A DNA stretch of 32,000 nt from Allobaculum fili (lineage in GTDB: Bacteria; Bacillota_I; Bacilli_A; Erysipelotrichales; Erysipelotrichaceae), in NCBI RefSeq assembly GCF_020969955.1, contig NZ_JAHDSX010000005.1:1-32000 (forward strand), in the 5' to 3' direction. Shown in pieces: positions 6,901 to 15,458 of the stretch. Positions within the stretch are counted from its first letter, which is position 1. Every line of letters starts with the position of its first letter. A model generated the notes under the pieces. That model made no database searches and had not been told where the DNA came from. It saw only the letters and a program-made list of their open reading frames with translations. Position numbers and translations under genes: made by a program.

Positions 6901-7386
6901 CCTCTCGGACGGGTACTCGAGAATCTTTTCCATGCCGATTTTCTGCGGCTTGAGATTGAGCGACTCATAAAAGTGAAGGGCCGAAGTATTGTCTGCCCAT
7001 ACGTTGAGCGTCACGTTGTAACAGCCGCTCTTTCGTGCGAAGTCGCAGACGTATTCATACAGATGACGGCCGATGTGCTGATGGCGGATGTTCTGATCGA
7101 CGCAGAGATCGTCGATATAGAGCGTTTTGATCGGCGTGAGGATATTGTCGTTGGGATGCTCCTGAAAAATGCAGAACGCATAGCCGCGAACCTGTCCTTC
7201 TTCATCTTCGTAAACAAAGACCGGTGTCTTTTCCTCGCGAAGAATCGTTTCGAGCTGTTCGTCGGTGTATTTGCGGGCGCCGGTCTTAAAGAGATCCGGG
7301 CGCGCCTGATGGTGTACTTCCAGAACCTGACTGAGCAGGCTGTCAATGACGTCAAGATCGTGAAGATCCGCTCTTCGAATATTCAT
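6886..7386 (-). CDS. GNAT-family N-acetyltransferase
   Basis: The 166-aa product has the GNAT core (…IDDLCVDQNIRHQHIGRHLYEYVCDFARKSGCYNVTLNVWADNTSALHFYESLNL…). I prefer the ATG at 7386 (GGAGGAGGGAAC upstream) over the ORF-track ATG at 7404. Confidence 0.8.
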   Translation of the reverse strand: MNIRRADLHDLDVIDSLLSQVLEVHHQARPDLFKTGARKYTDEQLETILREEKTPVFVYEDEEGQVRGYAFCIFQEHPNDNILTPIKTLYIDDLCVDQNIRHQHIGRHLYEYVCDFARKSGCYNVTLNVWADNTSALHFYESLNLKPQKIGMEKILEYPSERENRE

Positions 7387-7715
7387 TTCTGTTCCCTCCT
7401 CCATCCGGGCTGGCTACCGCTGGCTGGTTTTCTTCTGGCTTTGTTTCGCACCGTTTTGTCTTTGTTTTGGCCTGGGTTGGGCGGTTTTGGCCAGCCGCCT
7501 TCGGTCTGTACCTGCCGGGCGGTGTCCCGCCCATTTAAACCGGAATGGCTTTGCGGCTTATGCGGATGAGTGAAGCCTTGCTTCACTATCTTACATACTG
7601 GTTACAGACGTTTTTCATTGTAATCCTCTGCTTCTTCTTTAGCAGAGATTTTCCTTCGTTCCATTCTGTCTCCTTTTTGAACCTTCATCGTTTCCGCTCT
7701 GGAAAAGGGAGCCCA

Positions 7716-7740
7716 TAAAAAACTGTCCGCAAGGGACAGT
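7716..7740 (-). terminator. intrinsic terminator of the protease gene
   Basis: ACTGTCC (7722-7728), loop gcaag, GGACAGT (7734-7740). The A-run at 7717-7722 overlaps the first stem base and gives a U-tract on the minus strand. Confidence 0.65.
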
Positions 7741-7747
7741 TTCGGGA

Positions 7748-9178
7748 TTAGTCAGCGTAGAAGGCGATGCCTTCGTATTTCCAGCCGTAGTAAATCAGAT
7801 TATCGCGTTCATCTTCACTGAGAGTGAAATGATGGCTGCCGGTTTCGGCATTCGGGTTATAGAGACGATAAACCGGATGTTCATAATGTTCCAGTGCAGC
7901 TTTCCAGGATTCGCCTTCTGCGCGCCAGCCAAAGCCCTGCAGCGCGTTGTATTCCTTCTCATCGATGGTGTAGTGATGATCGCCGGTATTCGGGTTATAC
8001 AGACGGAAGACCGGAATCGCGTTGTCTTCGTCGCAGGAAGACCAGGCCAGACCTTCTGCATTCCAGCCGGCCCGATCGAGGTAATTGGCTTCCTGCAGAT
8101 TCAGCGTGTAGAAATGTTCGCCGGAATTCGGGTTATACAGACGGAAGACCGGATCCGGTACACGCGAGTTCTGCGCGATCCAGACGAGACGTTCACGGTC
8201 CATCAGAGGTCCGCCGGAACGGTCACGGTACACATAGACGTAGGCAAACAGAGAAACGACTTCGCCGTTTTCGTTCAGCATCGGCGATCCGCTCTGGCCG
8301 CCGCTGCCGTACGTGTTGGATTCCAGAATGCGGTCAAACACTTCCACATCGCTGCCCCAGCTTTCGTACTGGGTCGAAATGTCATTTTCGTGATTGTATT
8401 CCGCCGGATAGCCGCTCAGATGCAGCCGCTGGGCCTTGGCGCCGTCAATCGAAAGCGGAAGCTTGCCGGTTTTGGCGGCAATGTCGTCGTTGAGTACAAT
8501 CAGTGCCACGTCGTTGGCTTCGTGGGCGTCGTTCAGCCAGCCTTTATCGACTTCGAAATATTCAACATCTTCACTCGTCCACGCGCCAAACGGTGCGGAA
8601 TAATCGGTGGCACCCGGGGTGATATGAATGCTTTGGATCCAGCCGTAGCCGTGTTCCACATCGTAAATACAGTGGCCGCACGTCAGAACCGTATTTGGAC
8701 CAATGACAAAGCCGGTACCGACGTAATAGCGGTGTTCATCGTTCTGGTCTACAAATTCCAGACGAAGCTTGCAGATGGCGCTGTACGGCATGCGGGTCGT
8801 ATCCATAACGCGGGTACGGGTTTCGGGAGAATCTTCGTTGTATTCGGGAAGAATATCCGAACCGTCCGGTCCGCTTGGATCTTCCTTGTACACCGGATCG
8901 AGCGGCTGTTCGTTTTCTGGTTCTGCCTCTTCTTCCGATGCAGCATCGTTTTGAATCTGCGTCGAATCAAACGCGTAGCGAACCGAGTCGTCCTCGACAG
9001 TTACTGTACCGTTTGGTGCGTCGGTAAAATCCGGCTTTTCCTTTGCCAGCATGGCTGTCGGCGAAAGAAAGGAAAACGCCATCGTCAGGCTTAATACCCA
9101 GGCGCCAAGACGATGTCCAAGTTTTGGACGCGTTGACCCATAGGCTGGGGGAATCGGATAAATATGTTTTCGTTTCAT
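7748..9178 (-). CDS. secreted S1 (chymotrypsin-fold) serine peptidase with three C-terminal DUF5648-like repeats
   Basis: There is a signal-like N-terminus (…LGAWVLSLTMAFSFLSPTAMLA). The catalytic His is in VLTCGHCIY (nt 8669-8683), the Asp in NDVALIVL, and the Ser in GGQSGSP (nt 8282-8302). I prefer the ATG at 9178 (AAGGAG 7 nt upstream) over the TTG at 9184. Confidence 0.85.
   Translation of the reverse strand: MKRKHIYPIPPAYGSTRPKLGHRLGAWVLSLTMAFSFLSPTAMLAKEKPDFTDAPNGTVTVEDDSVRYAFDSTQIQNDAASEEEAEPENEQPLDPVYKEDPSGPDGSDILPEYNEDSPETRTRVMDTTRMPYSAICKLRLEFVDQNDEHRYYVGTGFVIGPNTVLTCGHCIYDVEHGYGWIQSIHITPGATDYSAPFGAWTSEDVEYFEVDKGWLNDAHEANDVALIVLNDDIAAKTGKLPLSIDGAKAQRLHLSGYPAEYNHENDISTQYESWGSDVEVFDRILESNTYGSGGQSGSPMLNENGEVVSLFAYVYVYRDRSGGPLMDRERLVWIAQNSRVPDPVFRLYNPNSGEHFYTLNLQEANYLDRAGWNAEGLAWSSCDEDNAIPVFRLYNPNTGDHHYTIDEKEYNALQGFGWRAEGESWKAALEHYEHPVYRLYNPNAETGSHHFTLSEDERDNLIYYGWKYEGIAFYAD
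7751..8152 (-). repeat. three in-frame 138-nt (46-aa) repeats encoding P-V-[FY]-R-L-Y-N-P-N-x-G-x-H-x-Y-T … GW..EG modules
   Basis: The units start at 8152, 8014 and 7876, exactly 138 nt apart. The 24-mer CGGGTTATACAGACGGAAGACCGG is identical at 8129-8152 and 7991-8014. The third copy (7853-7876) is diverged. Confidence 0.7.
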
Positions 9179-9578
9179 GCACAATCTCCTTATTCTATGT
9201 TGCCGGGCTGTGAAGTTTCCTTCGTTATGCGTCCGGTAAATATGTCGATCACTATATTGCAGTTTTCTAGTGCCATACTACCCGATCGGTGTCCGTCTTT
9301 CTTTTCAACTGACCATATAAAAATGCGGTTCGCATAATGTCAGTTCTGTTTTCTCGCCGTCCTTTCCGACTCTTTTTTCTCAAGTATCGGATCGGGTCAA
9401 TTTCTTATCTTAGTTGTATATAAAGGCCTTTTTGCGCTTTTTTCGAGAGCCGCTCCCGCCTGGAAAAGCGGCGGTCCTGCCTCTTTCAAGTCCGGTTACC
9501 GAGCGATACGCCTGTGCCGTTTTTCTCGTTCTGTGCTGTACTTATTCGCAAAACGGATTTCATTTTGGAAAGCGGCCG

Positions 9579-9632
9579 AAAAAAAGGCTGATCCTTCTGA
9601 GGGTTCTGAAGTTCCCTCAGGCTGGATCAGCC
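9579..9632 (-). terminator. strong intrinsic terminator after the heptad-repeat gene
   Basis: GGCTGATCC (9586-9594) pairs with GGATCAGCC (9624-9632), with an inner CTGAGGG/CCCTCAG stem. A7 at 9579-9585 gives UUUUUUU on the minus strand. Confidence 0.75.
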
Positions 9633-9717
9633 TATTGTGCCTGGACAGAGTTCTGTCGTTCAGAATTTATGAACGAAACGGGTTCGCATCGATTTTCATC
9701 GAGCGTTTCTTCGTTCC

Positions 9718-12700
9718 TTACTTTTCGCTGCTTTCGCTTTCGCTGGAGTCAGCTTTTGAATCGTCGGCTTTGGAATCGTCGGCTTTCTTGTCTTCCGATT
9801 TCTTATTGTCCGACTTCCTGGTGTCCGGGGTTTCGACTTTGAAGATGTAGCGAACCGAAGTCTTGGCACCTTCCGGTGCACCGGCGAAGGTGGAGTACTC
9901 TTCGTTGAAACGGATCGTTTCATTGCAGAGGTCCTTGAACATGGCGATTTCTTCTTCGCCCCAGTTCAGAGCTTTTTTCAGCTGGCTCATGCCTTCGTCA
10001 TTGAGTTTGACGGTTCCGTCTTTCAGCTGACGCGCACCGTCATCAAGCTGGCTTGCGCCATCCTTGAGTTGTGCGGCGCCATCCTGCGCCTGGGTGATGC
10101 CGTCATCAAGCTGGCTTGCTCCGTCATACAGCTGACTGGCTCCCTGATTCAGCTGTACAGCGCCTGCATGCAGAGCGCTCGATCCGGCGTAGAGACGGGA
10201 AGCGCCGTCGTGCGTCTGGGCGATACCAGCGTTCAGATCGTTCATGCCGCTGTGTACATCCGACGCGCCCTTGCTTAATACGGTTACGCCGTTGATCAGT
10301 TCCAGATGACCGGCCTGCAGCGCCTTGGCACCGGCATTGACGCTCGAAGCGCCGCTGGCGAGTTTGGCTGCGCCGTCATTCATGGACGCGGCAGCGGTGC
10401 TCAGCGATGTGGCGGCATCAATGAGTGTCGTGCGGCTGTCGGCCAGTTTCTGGGTCGAATCCGCAAGCTGATCCATACCCTTATTCAGGTCGTCGGCTTT
10501 TGTGGACAGCGTCTGGCTTAATGTGCGCAGACCGCTTTCGAGCTGGTCAATGCCGTCATCCGTCTTCGCTGTCAGTTCGCCGACACCGTCATCGAGTGTG
10601 GAGATGCCGGTATGCAGCTGGGAGGCAGCGGTACTTAACTTGTCGGTTGCCTGCTGGAGTTTCGTCAGCGAAGCGCTCAGGTTAGTGAAATCCTCGCTGG
10701 CGCTGATCTGGTTCAGACCATTCTGTACGCCGGTCAGTGCGGTAATGGCTGTATCGATATCGTGATCCAGGCTGGTCAGCTGCTGGACGGCTCCATCGAG
10801 TGAAGTGGAGATCGTGGAAATCTGGCTGAGTTTCTGGGAAAGACTTTCCACATTGGCTGTGGAAATCGGTGTAATTGCCGTCTGCAGCGGAGCAATCGAA
10901 GCCGGCAGATCGTCTACCGAAGTCTTGGCGGTGGCCAGACTGCTTCCGGCAGCCTGTACGCTGGTCAGCGCACCGGAGAGCTGCGGCAGAGAAATGGCAT
11001 TCAGGGCAGCCCTGGTCGCTTCATCGGTTGTGGATGCAGCGGCAGCGGCAATCGCCTGACGTGCGGCTTCAACCTGCGAAGAGGCAGTCGATACGGATGT
11101 GGCGGCCTGACTGTTGGCGGTCTGTGCTGCGGTGATCGCATTGGACGCACCGGTTTTGGCGTTGGAAGCCGCCGCAAGTTTCGTATTGCGATCGGCAATT
11201 TCCTTGTTAGCTGCCTGAATCTGCGCGTTGGCCGAGGTTACGCCCTGGTTGATTGTATTGACGTCCGTACGAATACCCGAAGAAAGCGTTCCGACATTGG
11301 CGCTTGCACTATTCAGTGCGGTCTTCATCGTATTGAGCGTCTGCAAATCGTTCGCAAGCGTCGTCTTCTGACCCTGCAGAGTCGTCAGAGCGCCGGAAAG
11401 CTGGGTGCTCAGTGTTGACAGCTTGGCCGGATCCATCCCGGAAATCTGAGTATTCAGAGCGCTCAGACCATCGGAAATCTGTTTGGAACCATCCTTGGCC
11501 TGATCGGCTCCAGTCTGCAAAGACTGCACGCCCTGATCAAACTGGGTCTTGAAGGACGCTGCGCCATCGGCGGCTTCACCGCTCTTATCGGAAGCGGCTT
11601 TCGTAAATTCCGATACGCCGGATTTTGCGCTCTTCATGCCGTTGTTCAAAGCGAGGAAGGAATTGCCGAGCTGATACAGCTGGCCGTCCCGGCCGGTAAG
11701 GGCATCAACTTTTGTCTTGAACTGAGACGTACCGTCGCTCAGAGATTTCGATCCGCTTTCCAGCTGTTCGGTTCCGGCAGCCAGATCGTCGCTGCCTTTG
11801 GACAGCTTGTTGACGCCGTCCTGGGCAGATTTTGCACCGCTTTCGAGCTGTGCAGTTCCGGCGGTCAGCTTGCTGGAACCAGAAACAAGAGCATCGGTTC
11901 CTTCCGCCAGACGTTTCGCGCCGGCTTCGAGATCCGCGGTGCCATCCTGTGCGGCTGCGGTTCCGTCTTTCAGCTGGGAAGAACCGTCATGCAGTTTTCC
12001 GGAACCGTCTTTCAAAGCGCCCATGCCGTCGGTGAGGGAGTTTGTTCCGTCCAGCAGCTGATCGGCACCGTCGCTCAGTTTGGCTGCGCCGTCCACAAGC
12101 TGGTCAGCGCCGTCAAAGAGCGGCTGCAGTTTCGAAGTGAGTTCGCTCAGATCGTCCATATCGCTCAGTTCGGAAAGCTGGATTTCATTGGTTGCACCGA
12201 AATACATCTGCGGCACTTCAAAGTCTTTTACATCGGCTTCGATCGTCACATCATCACTGGCGCCAAGCTTATCGGTAAAGGAAGAAAGGCCGGCGCTGTC
12301 CATTGTTTCGGTTAATCCAGGCAGTGCAGCGAACATCAGGAATTCGCGTTCGCCGTCATTAATGGTCTCGCCCTGTTCGCAGGAAATATTGGAGAAGATC
12401 TTGCCGTCGAGATCCATCAGACCGCCCGCTGCAAAGAGCGGATGAATGATGACGTTCTTTCCGTTGAGATTAACGGTTTTCTTCTGATCGTTAACGAATT
12501 CCACGTTCATTTTCAGATGACCGCTTTTGCCTTTGAGCTGTTCGGCCGTCATCGTTTTTCCGTCCAGGCTGTAGGTAACTTTGATCTGTACCGGCAGTTT
12601 TTCCCTGGACGTACCCTGATAGTAAAGATCGTTGCCGTTTACGTTCCATGTGTAGACGTCGCCGGAAACGGTCGGCTTGTTGTCTTCTTTCAGATCCTGT

Positions 12701-12993
12701 ACGTCGCTCAGTTTCAGATTTTCGCTGATCTCGCCGAGTCCGTTTGGATTGTGCAGCCAGGACGTAACGATCGTTTTGGAAATATTGCCGTTTTCATCCA
12801 GGAACGAGTAAACCGTTTCGGTTTTTGTGGTGTCTTTCGCATCCTTTTTGGATTTTGCACTTTCTTCCTGAAGGATCGTGCGGCTGGCGTTGGAAGGTTC
12901 CGCTTCCCTGGCCAGTACGCTAACAGGAAGTGCGGAAAGAGACAGAGCGCTGCTTAACAGAGCGGCTCCGAGTTTCTGAATTGAGTTTTTCAT
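9718..12993 (-). CDS. secreted 1,091-aa X-X-X-Leu-X-X-Gly heptad-repeat protein (YhgE/Pip/YueB-ectodomain-like fibre), no membrane anchor
   Basis: The signal peptide MKNSIQKLGAALLSSALSLSALPVSVLA starts at the ATG at 12993. Then come a beta-rich N-terminal domain of ~260 aa, 19 heptads, a ~440-aa A/S/T/Q-rich rod, 18 heptads, a small C-terminal domain and a KADDSKADDSKAD tail. There is no further hydrophobic segment and no LPXTG. The ORF-track start at 13089 is a TTG extension without support. Confidence 0.85.
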   Translation of the reverse strand: MKNSIQKLGAALLSSALSLSALPVSVLAREAEPSNASRTILQEESAKSKKDAKDTTKTETVYSFLDENGNISKTIVTSWLHNPNGLGEISENLKLSDVQDLKEDNKPTVSGDVYTWNVNGNDLYYQGTSREKLPVQIKVTYSLDGKTMTAEQLKGKSGHLKMNVEFVNDQKKTVNLNGKNVIIHPLFAAGGLMDLDGKIFSNISCEQGETINDGEREFLMFAALPGLTETMDSAGLSSFTDKLGASDDVTIEADVKDFEVPQMYFGATNEIQLSELSDMDDLSELTSKLQPLFDGADQLVDGAAKLSDGADQLLDGTNSLTDGMGALKDGSGKLHDGSSQLKDGTAAAQDGTADLEAGAKRLAEGTDALVSGSSKLTAGTAQLESGAKSAQDGVNKLSKGSDDLAAGTEQLESGSKSLSDGTSQFKTKVDALTGRDGQLYQLGNSFLALNNGMKSAKSGVSEFTKAASDKSGEAADGAASFKTQFDQGVQSLQTGADQAKDGSKQISDGLSALNTQISGMDPAKLSTLSTQLSGALTTLQGQKTTLANDLQTLNTMKTALNSASANVGTLSSGIRTDVNTINQGVTSANAQIQAANKEIADRNTKLAAASNAKTGASNAITAAQTANSQAATSVSTASSQVEAARQAIAAAAASTTDEATRAALNAISLPQLSGALTSVQAAGSSLATAKTSVDDLPASIAPLQTAITPISTANVESLSQKLSQISTISTSLDGAVQQLTSLDHDIDTAITALTGVQNGLNQISASEDFTNLSASLTKLQQATDKLSTAASQLHTGISTLDDGVGELTAKTDDGIDQLESGLRTLSQTLSTKADDLNKGMDQLADSTQKLADSRTTLIDAATSLSTAAASMNDGAAKLASGASSVNAGAKALQAGHLELINGVTVLSKGASDVHSGMNDLNAGIAQTHDGASRLYAGSSALHAGAVQLNQGASQLYDGASQLDDGITQAQDGAAQLKDGASQLDDGARQLKDGTVKLNDEGMSQLKKALNWGEEEIAMFKDLCNETIRFNEEYSTFAGAPEGAKTSVRYIFKVETPDTRKSDNKKSEDKKADDSKADDSKADSSESESSEK
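9994..10385 (-). repeat. heptad block 2: 18 consecutive xxGxxxL units
   Basis: NDGAAKL ASGASSV NAGAKAL QAGHLEL INGVTVL SKGASDV HSGMNDL NAGIAQT HDGASRL YAGSSAL HAGAVQL NQGASQL YDGASQL DDGITQA QDGAAQL KDGASQL DDGARQL KDGTVKL. GTCATCAAGCTGGCTTGC recurs at 10036 and 10099. Confidence 0.85.
11715..12120 (-). repeat. heptad block 1: 19 consecutive xDGxxxL units (21-nt DNA periodicity)
   Basis: FDGADQL VDGAAKL SDGADQL LDGTNSL TDGMGAL KDGSGKL HDGSSQL KDGTAAA QDGTADL EAGAKRL AEGTDAL VSGSSKL TAGTAQL ESGAKSA QDGVNKL SKGSDDL AAGTEQL ESGSKSL SDGTSQF. Confidence 0.85.
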
Positions 12994-13185
12994 ATTCGAA
13001 ATAGCATTCCTTTCCCTCCGCTGTCCGTTTCCCGTTCGGTCCTTCAAACGGGAAATGGTTCTGGAGGCTGATTCTTGTCGGCCAGGCAATGGGAAGCCTG
13101 CGCCATGTGGACAAGCTGCTTTTTTACTGCGGGCATCCTGCCTGTATAGAACAGATGAGGATAAGATGGAAAATCTGCGGATTTT

Positions 13186-15414
13186 CTAAGCCAGACCGGT
13201 CTGCTGGTCCAGGCGAAAACCGGCTGGAGAATGCGGCTGGTTTTCTGAATTCACGTCATTCACTGTCTGTGCAGCAGTTTTGGAATCCTGTGTGTTTACC
13301 GTTTGGGCAGTTTCGGCTTTGGCATCCGAATTCGATGCGTCTTCTTCCGGTGCAGCTTTCGGCCAGCCTTTTGTGGTTCTGGTGATGAACTTGTTGCACG
13401 TAAGAAGCAGAGCCGGCAGAACCGTCAGAATGACGATGACACTGATCAGGGCGCCGCGGCCAAGCAGGGTGCACAGCGATTTGATCAGGTCCATGCGGGC
13501 AATCAGGCTTACGCCCGAGCAGGCCGCAAAGAAGGACATACCGGAAGTAATAATGGAAGGCATCGTCTGGGTGATCGCCGTCGTAATGGCTTCTTTTGGC
13601 GGCTGATGCGCAGCGAGCTCTTCACGGAATCTGGACGTTATCAGGATGGCGTAGTCGATGCAGGCACCCAGCTGAATGGTGCCGATAACGATGCCGGCGA
13701 TGAACGGCAGTTCGGTATGTGTCAGATACGGAATGCCCATGTTGACGAAAATCGCAAATTCAATACAGAGCACGAGCAGGATTGGCAGCGATACCGATTT
13801 AAAGGTAAGGGCAATAATAATGAAGATAGCGAGGATGGAAACAAGGTTGACCATCTTGAAGTCGATGTCGGTAACCTTGATCAGATCGCGCGTCATGTTG
13901 CCCTCGCCGGCGATCAGCGCGTTCGGATCGTATTTCTGTGTAATGGAATACAGATCTTCAATCTGATTGTTCAGCTCATCGGTAGCTGAACGATAGGACG
14001 TATTGACGAGAATCAGCTTGCGGCCGTTGGCTTCGAGTACATCCCGGATGGCATCCGGTTCAAGTTCCGAAGGAATCATCGGTCCGGCAAACTTTTCATA
14101 GGCGACTACGCTCGTAATTCCATCGAGGTTTTCGATTTCATCGACCATCTGACGCGTCTTGGACGCGGAGAGATCCTGATCGACCATGATGAAATGCGAA
14201 GTCGTCATATCGAATTTATCTTTCAGTTCGTTGGTGCCCTCAACCGCCGGAAGATCGGCAGGAAGAGAAGCAGCCAGGTCGTAATACTGTGCCGTATGGG
14301 AGTTGCACCATAAGGCCGGAACAAACAGCAGGGCAAAGACAACCAGAATTGCTTTGCGATGCTTGACAACCCAGTCGGAGAATTTCGGCAGCGGACGGAT
14401 CAGAACCGGATGCTGCCATTTTTCAATCCATGGGTCAAAGAACATCAGCAGAGAAGGCAGAACCAGAATCGTACACAGCACGGCGAACAGAACGCCTTTG
14501 GCCATGACGATACCGATATCGCGTCCAAGCGTCAGCTGCATGACCAGCAGAGCAAGGAAGCCGGCGATTGTCGTAATGGAAGAGCTGGTAATGGAAAGCC
14601 ATGTCGCATGAATGGCCCGGGCCATGGCGTCTTCCTTGGAATCGCCTTTATTTTTCTCTTCCTGATAGCGGTGCAGCAGGAAGATGGAGTAGTCCATGGA
14701 AACGGCCAGCAGCAGAATCATGCTCAGCGCCTTGGTGACGTAGGAAATCTCGCCAAGGAAAATATTGGTTCCCATGTTGTACAGAATTGGATAAACCATG
14801 CCCAGAATGAAGATCAATGGCGCCAGCCAGGACTTCAGTCCGAGCGAAAGAACAATTAAAACCAGAAGAACCGCAATGGCGGAATAAATCGGCGTTTCCC
14901 GATCCACCATCGCTTTCGTATCCGCTGTAATAGCGGAAAAACCGGCGACATGCACGTTGTCGCTGCAGAGCTTTTTAATTTCCTCGATCGCATTCATCGT
15001 GGAATCGCTGGCCGCTGCATCCTTGAACGTGACGATGATCATCGTCGATCCGTCCGAATAGATGGCATCCGTCAGCGAAGAAGGAAGAACATCTGCCGGA
15101 ATCTGGGCATCCACGACATCTGTCTTGGAGAGCGTCGTATCGACGCCGTCGATCTGAGAAATCTGCTCTTCCAGCCTGGCCACATCCTTGTCCGGCATGT
15201 CGTCTACAACGACCATCGCCGTACCCGCCAGGTTGAAATCGTCGCTCAGCACATCCTGCGCCACAATCGAGGGGGAATCCTTTGGAAGATATGTCAGAAT
15301 ATCGTAGTTAACACGCGTATTCATATATCCAATAACCGAAGGAATCAGCAGAAGCGTAGCTACAAGCAAGATAATATTCCGGTATTTAACAATAAATTTT
15401 GAACACTTTTCCAT
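13186..15414 (-). CDS. MMPL-family (RND superfamily) transporter
   Basis: The 742-aa product has a 1+5 / 1+5 TM layout, with two ~150-aa extracytoplasmic domains following TM1 and TM7. Asp-Tyr pairs occur in the TM4-equivalent (SMDYSIF) and TM10-equivalent (CIDYAIL) helices, as in MmpL proton-relay sites. The SD is weak. Confidence 0.85.
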   Translation of the reverse strand: MEKCSKFIVKYRNIILLVATLLLIPSVIGYMNTRVNYDILTYLPKDSPSIVAQDVLSDDFNLAGTAMVVVDDMPDKDVARLEEQISQIDGVDTTLSKTDVVDAQIPADVLPSSLTDAIYSDGSTMIIVTFKDAAASDSTMNAIEEIKKLCSDNVHVAGFSAITADTKAMVDRETPIYSAIAVLLVLIVLSLGLKSWLAPLIFILGMVYPILYNMGTNIFLGEISYVTKALSMILLLAVSMDYSIFLLHRYQEEKNKGDSKEDAMARAIHATWLSITSSSITTIAGFLALLVMQLTLGRDIGIVMAKGVLFAVLCTILVLPSLLMFFDPWIEKWQHPVLIRPLPKFSDWVVKHRKAILVVFALLFVPALWCNSHTAQYYDLAASLPADLPAVEGTNELKDKFDMTTSHFIMVDQDLSASKTRQMVDEIENLDGITSVVAYEKFAGPMIPSELEPDAIRDVLEANGRKLILVNTSYRSATDELNNQIEDLYSITQKYDPNALIAGEGNMTRDLIKVTDIDFKMVNLVSILAIFIIIALTFKSVSLPILLVLCIEFAIFVNMGIPYLTHTELPFIAGIVIGTIQLGACIDYAILITSRFREELAAHQPPKEAITTAITQTMPSIITSGMSFFAACSGVSLIARMDLIKSLCTLLGRGALISVIVILTVLPALLLTCNKFITRTTKGWPKAAPEEDASNSDAKAETAQTVNTQDSKTAAQTVNDVNSENQPHSPAGFRLDQQTGLA

Positions 15415-15458
15415 AACCGTAAGTACCTGTTTTTCACTGGTTTCCTTTCACATCACCC

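Noticed and set aside
6886-7586. A GNAT toxin / upstream antitoxin (TacT/AtaT-type type II TA) reading, prompted by the ATGA overlap between the 67-aa upstream ORF and the GNAT start.
   Set aside because: The upstream ORF is a P/Q/K-rich low-complexity peptide with a GTG start and no SD. It is not a ribbon-helix-helix/DUF1778-like antitoxin. The GNAT itself looks like an ordinary housekeeping acetyltransferase.
7829-9094. A 421-aa plus-strand ORF antisense to the protease gene. Similar cases are 19288-20214 (-) antisense to the sialidase, and 16365-17552 (+) spanning intergenic DNA and ybaK antisense.
   Set aside because: The opposite-strand genes carry catalytic motifs. These ORFs have no motifs, poor starts and repetitive R/V/G composition.
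12994-13089. The TTG start at 13089 for the fibre gene, and likewise TTG 9184 for the protease, ATG 7404 for GNAT, ATG 29383 for MATE, ATG 17491 for the sialidase and ATG 15537 for tetR.
   Set aside because: In each case a downstream ATG is preceded by a proper SD and starts a canonical signal peptide or domain. The extensions are basic, unstructured sequence.
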